DNA from: Octopus bimaculoides
Lineage: Eukaryota
Length of the DNA stretch: 40,395 bases
Reading direction: 5' to 3'
NCBI RefSeq assembly: GCF_001194135.2
Contig: NC_068990.1
Location: 40,914,943 to 40,955,337, forward strand
The position numbers were made by a program, and so were the translations under genes. The notes beneath the pieces are model-generated. The model had not been told where the DNA came from. It did not search any database and saw only the letters and a list, made by a program, of their open reading frames with translations. Shown piece after piece: positions 11,413-22,672 of the stretch. The stretch's first letter is position 1. Each line of letters opens with the position of its first letter.

Positions 11413-12617
11413 AATTCTATCTACATAAATACACACATATACATATATACACATACATACACACATGAGCCTTGCCAACTGATTTATACATGCCACGCGT
11501 AGGAGGTCTGATAAGCACAAAACATAATCGTGCCCTTCATCAAGTGGGCTGAACCCAAACATCCCCTTACGTCTTCTGTATTTCTCCAAATATCATTTAA
11601 CTGATTTTATTGTAGCTATATTTCTTACGTGTTGATTTTGGATTTTAGACATTCCAGAGGGAGGCTTTGTCTGCTAATTACATGGATAATCTCGGTTAAT
11701 TGATGTTTTATCAACTTACTGTTACACACACAAACATATACATATAAGCAAACGCACACAGATTAAAACTAATCTATGTGTATGAATGCACAATGACGCA
11801 CACACACATGTATGCACGTACGCAAAAACTCGTTTCCATTTGAAATTCATATTCGCTCAGTTCAAGTGTATGTTTATGTATATTAAACATACACTTAATC
11901 TCACGCGCACATATGTGCTCTATGTGTGCACTCGTGCACATGCATACACACATACTCACGTGCACTCACATATACATATATATTCATTTCAAACTTTCAT
12001 ACATGGAAAACCGTTTAAGATAAAAGATTTAAAAGGAAGAAAAAGGATGAGTGTGCGTGCTGTATATGTGTCCATCGGAAATACTGTAGTCTTTTGTAGT
12101 AAAACAATGGGATAGACTAGGTAGCGGTGTGAAGGAAGGGAATGACAGTGAATGAGATGTAAATCAGAAAATGGAGAAAGCTACACGTATTAATTTCTAG
12201 ATGGAAGACTAAAGGCAAAGGAAGTGGGGCATAGGAAATTAAAAGGAAGTCAATAGAAGGGTGTAAGGTGGTGGGATGATAGAGTAAGATCGAAAATTAT
12301 CTAACGTAGTTTCTGATGCAGGTACGACAACGTTATGTATGAATGTGTATGCGAAATCTGCTTGAGAGTACCGAATAAGTGTGAAGATTGGAGATAAAGG
12401 TGAAAATTTATTGCTTTAGGTACTTTACTTTCATTTTTCTTTTATATAAATGATGTTTGTACTAATAAGAATTGAAGCTTTAAAACAGCGCTGTGCATGA
12501 TAATGTTGACCAACAGTTTAGTGATAGCCATACCATGTCAGGTCAGTGAGTCATTGATCTACATGTGATTGAGTGAATGATGCTTAGTTCACTTGGAGAT
12601 TTGTTGCAAACTGAAAA

Positions 12618-12830
12618 ATGAAAAATTTGGAAGAACTACATGTTTGTGTGAAATTTTATTTCGAATTAGTAAAAAAGCTCATCTTTTAGGAAGACTTTTC
12701 TAATGTTGCATAAAGGCTTCTGGAGAGGATTGCTTCGAGCCATAATCATGAGTGGTTCCAGCGTTTCAATTTTGGAAGATCATCGACCGAAGACGATCAT
12801 AAATCTGTGTGTGGGTTCCACAGCAATGTA
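12618..12830 (+). mobile_element. Mariner transposase N-terminal remnant (pseudogenised)
   Basis: Across stops and frameshifts: MKNLEELHVCVKFYFEL...HEWFQRFNFGRSSTEDDHKS, matching the mariner N-terminal HTH pattern (xRVCxKF...EWxxRFxxGRxSxEDxxxSGRP). Confidence 0.8.
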
Positions 12831-12865
12831 CAACAATTACATTATGAAATATTCTTCGATGATAC

Positions 12866-13039
12866 GCAGGAGTGGCTGTGTGGAGGCGCAGGAGTGCCTG
12901 TGTGGTAAGTAGCTTACTTACCAACCACATGGTTCTGGGTTCAGTGGCACCTTGGGCAAGTGTCTTCTACTATAGCCTCGGGCCGACCAAAGCTTTGTGA
13001 GTGGATTTGGTAGACGGAAACTGAAAGAAGCCTGTCGTA

Positions 13040-13076
<37 letters not shown>

Positions 13077-13474
13077 NNNNNNNNNNNNNNNNNNNNNNNN
13101 NNNNNNNNNNNNNNNNNNNNNNNNNNNNNNNNNNNNNNNNNNNNNNNNNNNNNNNNNNNNNNNNNNNNNNNNNNNNNNNNNNNNNNNNNNNNNNNNNNNN
13201 NNNNNNNNNNNNNNNNNNNNATGTATGTATGTATGTATGTATGTATGTATGTTTGTGTATATGTTTGTGTGTCTGTGCTCGTCCGCCCAACATCGCTTAA
13301 CAACCGATGCTGGTGTGTTTACGTCCCCGTAGCTTAGCGGTTCGGCAAAAGAGGCCGATAGAATAAGTACTAGGCTTACAAAAAATAAGTCCTGGGGCCG
13401 ATTTGCTCGACTAAAGGCGGTGCTCCAGCATGGCCGCAGTCAAATAACTGAAACAAGTAAAAGGGTAAAAGAGT
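12866..13474 (+). mobile_element. Full-length family C SINE with expanded internal microsatellite (contains a gap)
   Basis: Head, GGCACCTTGGGCAAGTG, ...GAAGCCTGTCGTATA, (TA)n-N-(ATGT)n, 3' half, tail GTAAAAGGGTAAAAGAG. Confidence 0.9.
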
Positions 13475-13723
13475 ATAAACATACAAACGGTCGCGCGTGT
13501 GCACACGCACATACACATACACACATACATGTAGCCATAGAAATGTAATCTAATAGACGTAAAAATACGTACAAATGGAAGTGTATACAAATCCCCAATT
13601 CTTGATAGTTTTCTTTTTGATGTAGTTTCTAACGAAAAAAGTGTACAACGAAGGAATATACCGTTTCTAAATGAAGTGAATGTAGTGCTTCTTTGTTTAG
13701 AACATCTCACTTCTGCTGTTAGG

Positions 13724-14118
13724 GTGGTTGTTGTTGTTGGCACTCCGTCGCTTACGACGTCGAGGGTTCCAGCTGATCCGATCAATAGAACAGCCTGCTG
13801 GTGAAATTAACGTGCAAGTGGCTGAGCACTCCACAGACACGTGTACCCTTAACGTAATACTCGGGGAGATTCAGCGTGACACAGATTGTGACTTGGCTGA
13901 CCCTTTGAATTACAGGCACAACAGAAACAGGAAGAAACAGTGAGAGAAAGTTGTGGTGAAAGAGTACAGCAGGGTTCGCCACCATCCCCTGCCGGAGCCT
14001 CGTGGAGCTTTAGGTGTTTTCGCTCAATAAACACTCGCAACAACCGTTCTGGGAATCGAAACCGGAATCCTTTGACCGCGAGTCCGCTGCCCTAACCACT
14101 GGGCCATTCAGCCTCCAC
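13724..14118 (-). mobile_element. Family A SINE, full length, (AAC)n tail, 9-bp TSD
   Basis: Reverse complement of 25611-26003; GCTGTTAGG at 13715-13723 and 14119-14127. Confidence 0.93.
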
Positions 14119-14239
14119 GCTGTTAGGTTTACAACAGAATTAATGAGACAGATTTTTACAATTACAGATCTTAGGTGCAAAAATTGATAATCCATGATAG
14201 TCAGCAATCTTCACTGTTGTAGTCCAGAAAACGGGAATA

Positions 14240-14480
14240 AAGCTAATAAGCTACTTGCACGCTGAGAAGAATAGCTTGCGGTATTGTTCCAATTTTTTGC
14301 GCTCTAAGATCAAATCATGTCGTGATCAACTTTGTCTTTCATCCTTTCAGCGTAGATTAAATAGTAACGATTGAAAGCGGTGGATTCACAGTGCTGTAAG
14401 AATGTTGGGCTGGATGCCTTAGAGCGTTTATTCTGAGCCTGTGCGTTCTGAGTTCAAATGTTGGTGTAGTCCATTTGGGG
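14240..14480 (+). mobile_element. Two degraded family B fragments
   Basis: GATCAACTTTGTCTTTCATCCTTTCAGCGTAGATTAAATAG and GCGTTCTGAGTTCAAAT. Confidence 0.55.
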
Positions 14481-15369
14481 TAGTAGACTTAATCCGTCGC
14501 TAGGTTTAACATCTCGCACTTTGGCCGACTTTCATGGTGTCCACTCTCTGGCGAATATTTGGGCCAGGTCTCCAATTTAAGAAAACATTTCTCTCCTCCC
14601 ACCACAAGTCTAAGTGGCTCTGCCCTTCTTCCTGACTATAAGATAAAAAATAAAATGACCTTCGAACGGTCATGCCTGCTACTTCTGGAAAATCAGTGCT
14701 GCTACAGCGATTTTTCTGATTTGGTTTCCAGTGTCTAGTTAGTGAAGCTGATGCTTGGAAACGTCCACTTGAGTGACTGTCACATGGTCACCTAGTGCAC
14801 ACGGTGCAGTGATAACAAATGGGTATAAAACTATTAATTCTTCCATCCAGTTTATTCGAAGAAGGATCAGGAAATATTTATTTTTAAAAAAATATATAGA
14901 AGAAATCTTGGCCTGAATGGGTGTTATTTAGTCAAAGAAATATCAGTCTCTTTGCATCACGTGACCATTCAGCTGAGCATCTCCTACCCCTATAACCTCC
15001 CACGACACTTCCCTTCATTAAGGGAAACTTTAATATAAAAAAACAACTACAATTATAATAAACAACAAAACAAGCAGAAATTCCATTTCAATTATTCACA
15101 ATGATTGTTTATTTTATTTTGAAATTTATTTCAAATCATATTTTTTTTATTCTTTAAATTTCATTAAAAATAGTTTGTGTATTTTACATATATTTTAAAA
15201 ATTTATTTTTGATTCTTCAAAAAAAAAAAAAAAATTAAATCAATCTTTTATTAAAACACATGACACCAAGTTTCCTTTTCAGTGGAATTAGTAATAAAAC
15301 TAAATATGAAATCGATAAATGACTAACAAGATAAATAAAGCCACGACGCTATTCATTTAAAAACAAACA

Positions 15370-15895
15370 ACGCCAACAACAATAATAACATCAACCAACC
15401 TAATCAGCAAGTATAAAATAACAACAACAAAACAATAACAAAGAACCACAAAAAACAACTACCACCACTACATATTCAATACCATTGCTACCACCACCAC
15501 CATACGGCACTACTAGCATTACCATATCACTACTACTACTTCATCCTTATCCCCACCTTTAACATCACCATTACTACGACTACAAGAATAACGCTGCAAA
15601 AATGTATCTACTATCAAGGCAGTATCTACCATCGTTCTCACAACACTATTCCAATCACCACAATCACAACACTCAAAATAAACTCACAATCGACCATCAT
15701 TTTCATTACCATCATAGCAACAACAGCCAGGGAATTTGTAACGAAACACAATATCAACAACGTCTATATCTATTGCGACACACAATGTCAACAACATCTA
15801 TATAAAACAGTATAACTACTGCCACTGTCACGACTTATTACGTCATCATAAGAACAACAACAGAAATAAAACCATAAGAATATCACAACGATGCC
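15370..15895. repeat. Degenerate trinucleotide low-complexity tract (AAC/ACC/ACT/ATC)
   Basis: Direct reading; similar tracts at 17920-18575, 18905-19078 (opposite strand), 22035-22500 and 22690-22880. Confidence 0.85.
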
Positions 15896-15914
15896 ATAGA
15901 AACAATCCTTTCTT

Positions 15915-16270
15915 CTATAGACACAAGGCCTGAAGTTCTTGGCAAGGGAGTTAGTCGATTACAGCAAAACCGAAAAAAAAAAAAGTCGACCCCTGCGGAA
16001 TTTGAACACAGAACGTAAAGACGGGTAAACTGCCTTTAAACATTTTCTCCTGCGTACCAACGATTCTACTAGCTCACTGCCTTAGAATGAGATGGCAATA
16101 ATGATTTTAAATTTTAGCATAAGGCTTGAATGCTATTTATTTTATAAACCCCGAATGATGAAAAGCAAAGTGGACCTGAGCGGAATTTGAGCCCAGAGCG
16201 TAAAAATGGACGAAATACCGACAAGCATTTTGCCCGATGTGCTATCGATTTTGCTCGCTCACCGTCTTTA
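15915..16270 (-). mobile_element. Two family B copies (about 15915-16084 and 16110-16270)
   Basis: AAAGTCGACCCCTGCGGAATTTGAACACAGAACGTAAAGACG...AGCTCACTGCCTT and AAAAGCAAAGTGGACCTGAGCGGAATTTGAGCCCAGAGCGTAAA...GCTCACCGTCTT. Confidence 0.8.
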
Positions 16271-16395
16271 GTGCGATGGTGATAATAATATCAATAATAA
16301 TATGGGAATGATACCTCAGGAATAATATCGCAATGATAATCTTCGGGATGGTAATATAACAACCAAAAAACAGGAAAGACACTATCCATCACCAA

Positions 16396-16608
16396 CGAGG
16401 GAGCGTTTATATGGTTACTTGACTTGCAAAAAATAGTAACCAAGTCTCTTTTAACCTACACTGTACCTTCATAGAAAAGGGACACACGAGATAATGTAAT
16501 CCTACAGTGCTTTTGATCACAGATCAGTCCTGATCACAGATCACAGTCCTTGATCCTGTGATCAGTCCTTGATCACAGATCAGGCCTGACCTGAGGTTAA
16601 ACAACAAC
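16396..16608 (+). mobile_element. Unclassified repeat family E, 3' end TGACCTGAGGTTAAACAACAAC
   Basis: Shares GAG..GTTT(A/C)CATGG...AGAAATAGCAACCAAAT and TGACCT.GG.CTAAACAA with 22508-22672 and 34665-34745; weaker copies near 37420 and 38960-39140. Confidence 0.6.
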
Positions 16609-16726
16609 TAATCATGAAGAGATCCATCGAGAGAGCTTCTGCGCTCCATTTATTAGAAATAGAAGTGAAATGTAGCTCAAATAAAAGCCTGCCTACTTGG
16701 ACAGTGCAGAAAAAAAAGGAGATCTT

Positions 16727-16807
<81 letters not shown>
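16727..16807. repeat. (ACT)n microsatellite
   Basis: Direct reading. Confidence 0.97.
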
Positions 16808-17614
16808 ATAAGCCGTAGCAGCAACATTTTGGCAATATTGCAGTTCTCCAATGAGTGGTAAACGGAAAGATTCAACTTACACAGAAGGATCAGTTTACAC
16901 TGTTAATTAGTCGATATAAAAATTAGTGCCGTATATTTCCAGAAGTGGTACACTGTCAGCCTCTGACAGGACATTTAGCTAACGTCTCTTTATGTATGAC
17001 TTCTGAGAAGAATATATTATGGAGTACGAAATTCTTTCGATACCATCCACCAAACTTCTGTGAATGCTTTTGTCTTCAATAATACTCAAACATTTCCTTA
17101 AATTCTTGTCTCTTTTCGATGTATTCTTCTCTTATAGGCTCTGTTTTCATGTTCTCAATTCAAATCGTGAGTAACTGGACATGTCTTCTTTTCATCTCCT
17201 CGAGATCGATGTCAAAGAGTACTTGCAGTGAACCAGAATAAATCTATTAGAATACGCCCAGATTCAAATGTGTAACTCCTGATTCAAAGAAGTATGCCCT
17301 AATTCATTCAATAGAGTATACCAACAAATTTTTTTAAAAGCACGTCATATTCTATCTCGCTACCATACTTATACTATGTTACACAAACATATATAAAGTT
17401 GTTGGTTTCTATATGTCATCAATCTTTATTAGATAAAACTCTGACAACAACAACAACAACAACAACAATATCTCTACTTCAGCAAGTTACTATCATGACC
17501 GCGAACCAGCGATGCAGTATTTTGACAGACTAGAAATAGTAGGTAATCAAAAGCCTACATTAAAAAAAAAAAAAAAAAAAACCCGAAAAAATCATTGTTT
17601 CAATATAATACAGT

Positions 17615-17795
17615 TAAGGCGACGACCTGGCAGCAATGTTAGCGATTCAGGAAAATACTTCGTGAGATTTCTTCGGGTTCTTCATGTTCCGAGTTCAAAT
17701 TCCGCCGTGGTCAACTTTACTTTTCATCCTTTCGTGGTCGATGTAATCGACTAGTTCCCTCCCCTCAAATTGCTGGCCTCGTGCCAAAATTTGAA
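17615..17795 (+). mobile_element. SINE family B copy with internal deletion
   Basis: TAAGGCGACGACCTGGCAG...GAGTTCAAATTCCGCCGTGGTCAACTTT...GCTGGCCTCGTGCCAAAATTTGAA. Confidence 0.85.
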
Positions 17796-19078
17796 GCATT
17801 TAATATAATTTTAGAATCCCTTAAGGAGGATGAGTTGATCATAGATGGAATGCTTTTGAAGATAAATCTGCTCAAATCAGGTTTGATCTTAAGGCTAATC
17901 TATTATCAAATCTCTGCACTACTACTGTTACTGCTGTAATTATTCTTAATGACAATAACTAGGAGAACAGCAACAACTAATATAAAACCAGCATCAACCT
18001 CCTACCTGAACAAAACGATACACTTCCTCCTCCTACTTTTACTATTACTACTACTGCTGCTGCCACTACTACTACTACTACTACCACTACTACTATTACT
18101 ACTGCCTCACATATATCTACTACCACGACCACCACAAACAACCTCCATACTAGCATCGCATACACCAACACAGACAGTAATGGTAATAGCACACAACAAC
18201 AACAGAACAATAAATATAATAAACATCATGGCCGTCACATATACTTCTACAATATCACTACCACCTCATATACGAAAACAATACGACTACAAAACCACAA
18301 CCATATACAATACTACAATGCTACACCCCCCACCACCACCACCACTAATATATACCGCTGCTATACAATCACCTGTACATTCGCCACTATTACAACCACC
18401 ACATACACCATAGCTATATAACAACTAGCACCGAAACTACCACATATATGATACCATTACAAACACTACCACAATAACTCTGACGTCACCACGAGTACAC
18501 AGAACGCCAACATAAACAATAACAATGGTAGCACACGTACAATAACAACAACAACAAACTGATAAATATAACAAACAAGAGAAGTATGAAACAGATTGAG
18601 TTTCATCATAAGAGTTACTGTAATAATTATCAGTTTTTCCTTTGAATCAATGACACAGTTTTATTTATTTGTTTGTTTGTTTATTTATTCATTTGTTTGT
18701 TCACCCATTCATTCTTTACTTCCGCTTACTCCCCCCTCTTCTATCATCTTCCCTTGTATACCATCACCACTACCCCTTCACGCAACACCCACCCTGCCGC
18801 TACAAATCGATAACTTCTTCACTGTTCAATAGAGTCACGTAGAAAACATTAGATTCTCCAACCAAAGTTGTCACTATAAATCAAGTTTAGTTTATTCAAG
18901 TGACATAGCAGCAGCAACAACAGCAGCAATAACTACAACGACAACCAGAACATTAGTAGTAATGGTTGTAGTAAGGTTGATGATTGTATTAGTAATGATA
19001 TCAGTAATGGTTGAGGTGGCAGTAGTAGTAGTAGTAGTAGTTGCAAAGATGGCGGTGGCAGTGATAATAGTAGTAATA

Positions 19079-19467
19079 TGTTGTTGTTGGCACTCCGTCG
19101 CTTACGACGTCGAGGGTTCCAGTTGATCCGATCAACGGAAAAGCCTGCTCGTAAAATTAGCGTGCAAGTGGCTGAGCACTCCACAGACACGTGTACCCTC
19201 AACGTAGTTCTCAGGGGTATTCAGCGTGACACAGTGTGACAAGGCTGACCCTTTGAATTACAGGCACAACAGAAACAGGAAGTAAGAGTGAGAGAAATTT
19301 GTGGTGAAAGTGTACAACAGGGTTCGCCACCATCTCCTGCCGGAGCCTCGTGGAGTTTTTAGGTGTTTTCGCTCAATAAACACTCACAACGCCCGGTCTG
19401 GGAATCGAAACCGCGATTCTATGACCGCGAGTTCGCTGCCCTAACCACTGGGCCATTGCGCCTCCAC
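19079..19467 (-). mobile_element. Family A SINE, full length, ~25-bp TSD
   Basis: Flanks CGGTGGCAGTGATAATAGTAGTAATA (19053-19078) and CGGTGGCAGTGATAGTAGTAGTAATA (19467-19492), one mismatch; the first C overlaps the element end. Confidence 0.93.
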
Positions 19468-19645
19468 GGTGGCAGTGATAGTAGTAGTAATAATAACAGC
19501 ATTAATATTGGTGGTGGTGGTAGTATGAGTAGTAGCAAAAGTTGTAAGTTTGGCGGTTGTGTCTGTGTATGTGGGGTGGAGGCTGTTTAATTTCAAATTT
19601 GTCATTTTGATCATGATCATTTAACCAGACATTTGTAACGACCAT

Positions 19646-19712
19646 TCTAAAGCATGGTTCAGTGGTTAAGACATTCGTTTCGCAAGAACGTAATTTTTGG
19701 TTCGATTCTACA
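19646..19712 (+). mobile_element. Isolated tRNA-like SINE head
   Basis: A-box-like TGGTTCAGTGGTTAAG and B-box-like GGTTCGATTCT at tRNA spacing; I could not fold a cloverleaf. Confidence 0.5.
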
Positions 19713-19872
19713 CCTTAGCATTCTGTAGACTCGAGATAAATCTTACCAGTGAGGATAACTTCCTCCTTATCTTCCACCAGCCTCGGAAACTCAGAAGAGG
19801 GACATAGGTGCTGTTTTTTTTTTTTTTAATAGTTTCATCTCCGAGTAAATCAAAATTATCAAAAATAGTTAT

Positions 19873-20183
19873 CGACCAAAGCCTTGTGAGTGGATTCGAT
19901 AGATGGAAACTGAAAGAAGCCCGTCGTATATATGTATANNNNNNNNNNGTCGTATATATGTATATGTGTATATGTATATGTGTGTTTGTGTGTCTGTGTT
20001 TGTCCCCCCAACATCGCTTGACAACCGATGCTGGTGTGTTTACGTCCCCGTTACTTAGCGGTTCGGCAAAAGAGACCGATTGAATAAGTACTAGGCTTAA
20101 GTGGGGCCGATTTGCTCGACTAAAGGCGGTGATCCAGCATGGCCGCATTCAAATGACTGAAACAAGTAAAAGAGTAAAAGAGA
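19873..20183 (+). mobile_element. Family C SINE, 5'-truncated, with internal microsatellite
   Basis: CGACCAAAGCCTTGTGAGTGGATT...CCCGTCGTATA (TA/TG)n TGTTTGTCCCCC...TGACTGAAACAAGTAAAAGAGTAAAAGAG. Confidence 0.9.
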
Positions 20184-21430
20184 GCAAAGAGAGTTGTTTC
20201 TACGAAGAAAGAACCCTAATAGTTCCAGCAAACTAAATAATTAAATATCTATCAAAAACTATTTAGGGAGATATTTCAAATGAACCATTTAGTTAACATT
20301 TTCCGTCCATCTAAGCAAAATTTTCTGATCATCCAGGTGACTATTTCTAGCCTCGTCAAGCAAACAATCTTAATCAGTACCTGTCCTAGTAACCTTCTTC
20401 AAACAATAAGCCAGCCATCCACATCAGCAAACAATTACACCAAGCAACAATTTCTTATAAAAAACATTTACCATTTCTCTTCATTTCATCATAATTATTA
20501 CTGCTAGCAAATTATCTCAATAATGATTTGAATGGTTATTTCTGTCTCAAACTTTTAATCGTTCTTTACTAGTCAACCACAATTCACATCAATTAAGCGC
20601 ATTAAAAACCATCACGATATAGTTAACCATGAAGCAATCTAAGTAACCATTAAATCTAACCATCCAGTTAACTATCGAATATAACCATTCAGTTAACCAT
20701 GAAATAACCATTAATCTAACTAGCGAAACCGATCATTCTGTACCCATGTTCTTTATAAAGCTGAAAGTATCGATATTATTTTGGTCGCGCAAAACTACAA
20801 ACGCACCCACCCCTACGTGTGTGCGTGCATATACATATTTACTCAAACATGCTCTTGCGTTAGTCATCTTACGACTTCCACACACGACTTCCACAAACGC
20901 TCTGCTCTCAGTTTTTCATTATGAGAAACACTACCGTACCGAGCTTCATTTGTTCCGTATTTACATTAGCGATACATTAATTACCAGTAAATGATAATGA
21001 TTTACCAGAATCAAAATGATTTAATCAATTAAACCCTTCCTCATAAACATTGATTTTCATTGTCAATACCAAATCATTTATTTATTTGCCGTTAAGAGGA
21101 ACAGGCTACAGATGTAACACGATTATTTACTGTTGGGTGAAAAAAATACTTGGTTTAATATGTAAGTTTTCCAGGAATAACCTCCAGAAATGAATTTTAG
21201 ATTCCGTATGAAAGATTAGTAGTTGATCCTGGTTTTTTCGATCTACAAAGATCCATAAACCTTCCTTTGGATAACTCGCAGAACCATTGAAAGTAAATTT
21301 TAAAGTCTCACGAATCCTCTTTAATACACTAGACTACTTGATAAATGTCTTATTTAATAACTTTAAACATTAGGGGATCCTCTTGAGAAAGGAAAAAAGG
21401 AAAACGCTTCAAATTCAAGCCCTGGGTGAA

Positions 21431-21905
21431 AGTTGTCTCATCCCCACTGATAAAGGTTTTCAAGAAGTATGGATCGTGGATTGCACAGTCTAACATGTCG
21501 TGAGCGATTTCCATCCGGAGTTGCTTCTGCTGATCCGCCAGCATCGTTAAAATGGAATGCACTGATCCTGTGTTTATTCCCACTTCGTGAGCAATTTCCT
21601 GGATTGTTACACGTCGGTCTTATGAGACTATTCACTGAACATTCTCAACTGACTCCTCGTTTTAGCTTATGGATATCCTGTCTGAGTGTGCCTCGCTCTC
21701 CACTAGGGTACGGTCTTTCTTGAAGCGGTTGTAAGACTTCTTGGTCAGAGTTTTTTTCCAAGGTATCATCGCCAAAGGCCTGCTGAATCTTCTGGATAAT
21801 TTGAGCTTGAGTATCACCAATCTTTTAGCAAAACGTGATGCAAAATCTATGCTTGATGCGTTCGGTGAAAACGAAAATCAGAAGTCTTTGAACGCACCTC
21901 TTATA
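21431..21905 (-). mobile_element. Mariner transposase remnant with a TIR-like 5' end, internally deleted
   Basis: Minus strand: RFCITFC*KIGDTQAQIIQKIQQAFGDD...RRVTIQEIAHEVGINTGSVHSILT...QKQLRMEIAHDMLDCAIHDPYFLKTFISGDET (TGDE-like first catalytic Asp). TA-TAAGAGGTGCGTTCAAAG at 21905 resembles mariner termini. Confidence 0.88.
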
Positions 21906-22034
21906 GGTATTTAATTTTGTGTTTGGTAACGCAAACTTGCTGCAGGTGATCACCATAATATATAATTGTCTATGTGGACTCTAGTAACAAGCTTACCTAA
22001 TGAGTTATTTGTTTCAGTGTCCTTCACATATCAA

Positions 22035-22145
22035 AATCAATCACAAACCACCATCACCGCCATCATCAGCACAGCTACCACTAGCATCGCCTACACCACC
22101 ATCATCGTCACCGTTGCCTCTGCTGCTGCTGCTACTGCTGCTGCT

Positions 22146-22242
<97 letters not shown>

Positions 22243-22376
22243 GATCTGGAAACAGCGGTAACTCGAATGTGAATCCTAAAAACAGAAACAATTCCTATTA
22301 TAGTAGACGCATTAGGTATGATAAAAAGGCATTCAGAGAAATACATAACAGAAAACGTCATCGTCGTCGTCATCCT

Positions 22377-22426
<50 letters not shown>

Positions 22427-22500
22427 TATCATCGTCGTCGTCGTCGTCGTCGGCATCTTAGTCGTTGTACGCCTCCTTATTCATCATCATCATCGTCGAA
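22035..22500. repeat. Compound trinucleotide array (CAC/CTG/CTA/TAA, then CAT/CGT)
   Basis: Direct reading; explains the poly-amino-acid ORFs here. Confidence 0.95.
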
Positions 22501-22507
22501 AACAACA

Positions 22508-22672
22508 CCGAGGGTAATGAGTCATCGAGTCGCTAGAAATAGCAACCAAATCGCCTTCGGAGTACACCCTACGGTCTTAAAAGCAATTGCTCAATATAGA
22601 GATGGAATGGCTACAGCATGATCATCTTTGAGTAATGGTCTGCTCAATCGTGCCTGACCTCGGACTAAACAA
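22508..22672 (+). mobile_element. Repeat family E copy
   Basis: GCTAGAAATAGCAACCAAATC...ACACCCTACGGTCTTAAAA...TGACCTCGGACTAAACAA. Confidence 0.6.

Noticed and set aside
13411-14207. Recurrent ORFs such as MVANPAVL..., MLLLALRRLRRRGFQLIRS..., also at 18933-19590, 25695-26095, 33230-33621
   Set aside because: Translations of the non-coding family A SINE; they recur because the SINE recurs. Same for family C-derived ORFs (TTDAGVFTSP).
17138-17166. 29-nt AG...GT exon-like segment
   Set aside because: Lies within a degraded family B SINE and is not frame-preserving.
17949-18413. 154-aa ORF with poly-L/poly-P
   Set aside because: By-product of a stop-free degenerate trinucleotide tract.
19646-19712. 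Possible tRNA gene
   Set aside because: A and B boxes present but no foldable acceptor stem; consistent with a SINE head.
21966-22517. 183-aa ORF with poly-T/N/I/V/H runs
   Set aside because: Compound trinucleotide microsatellite; no unique protein-like segment.
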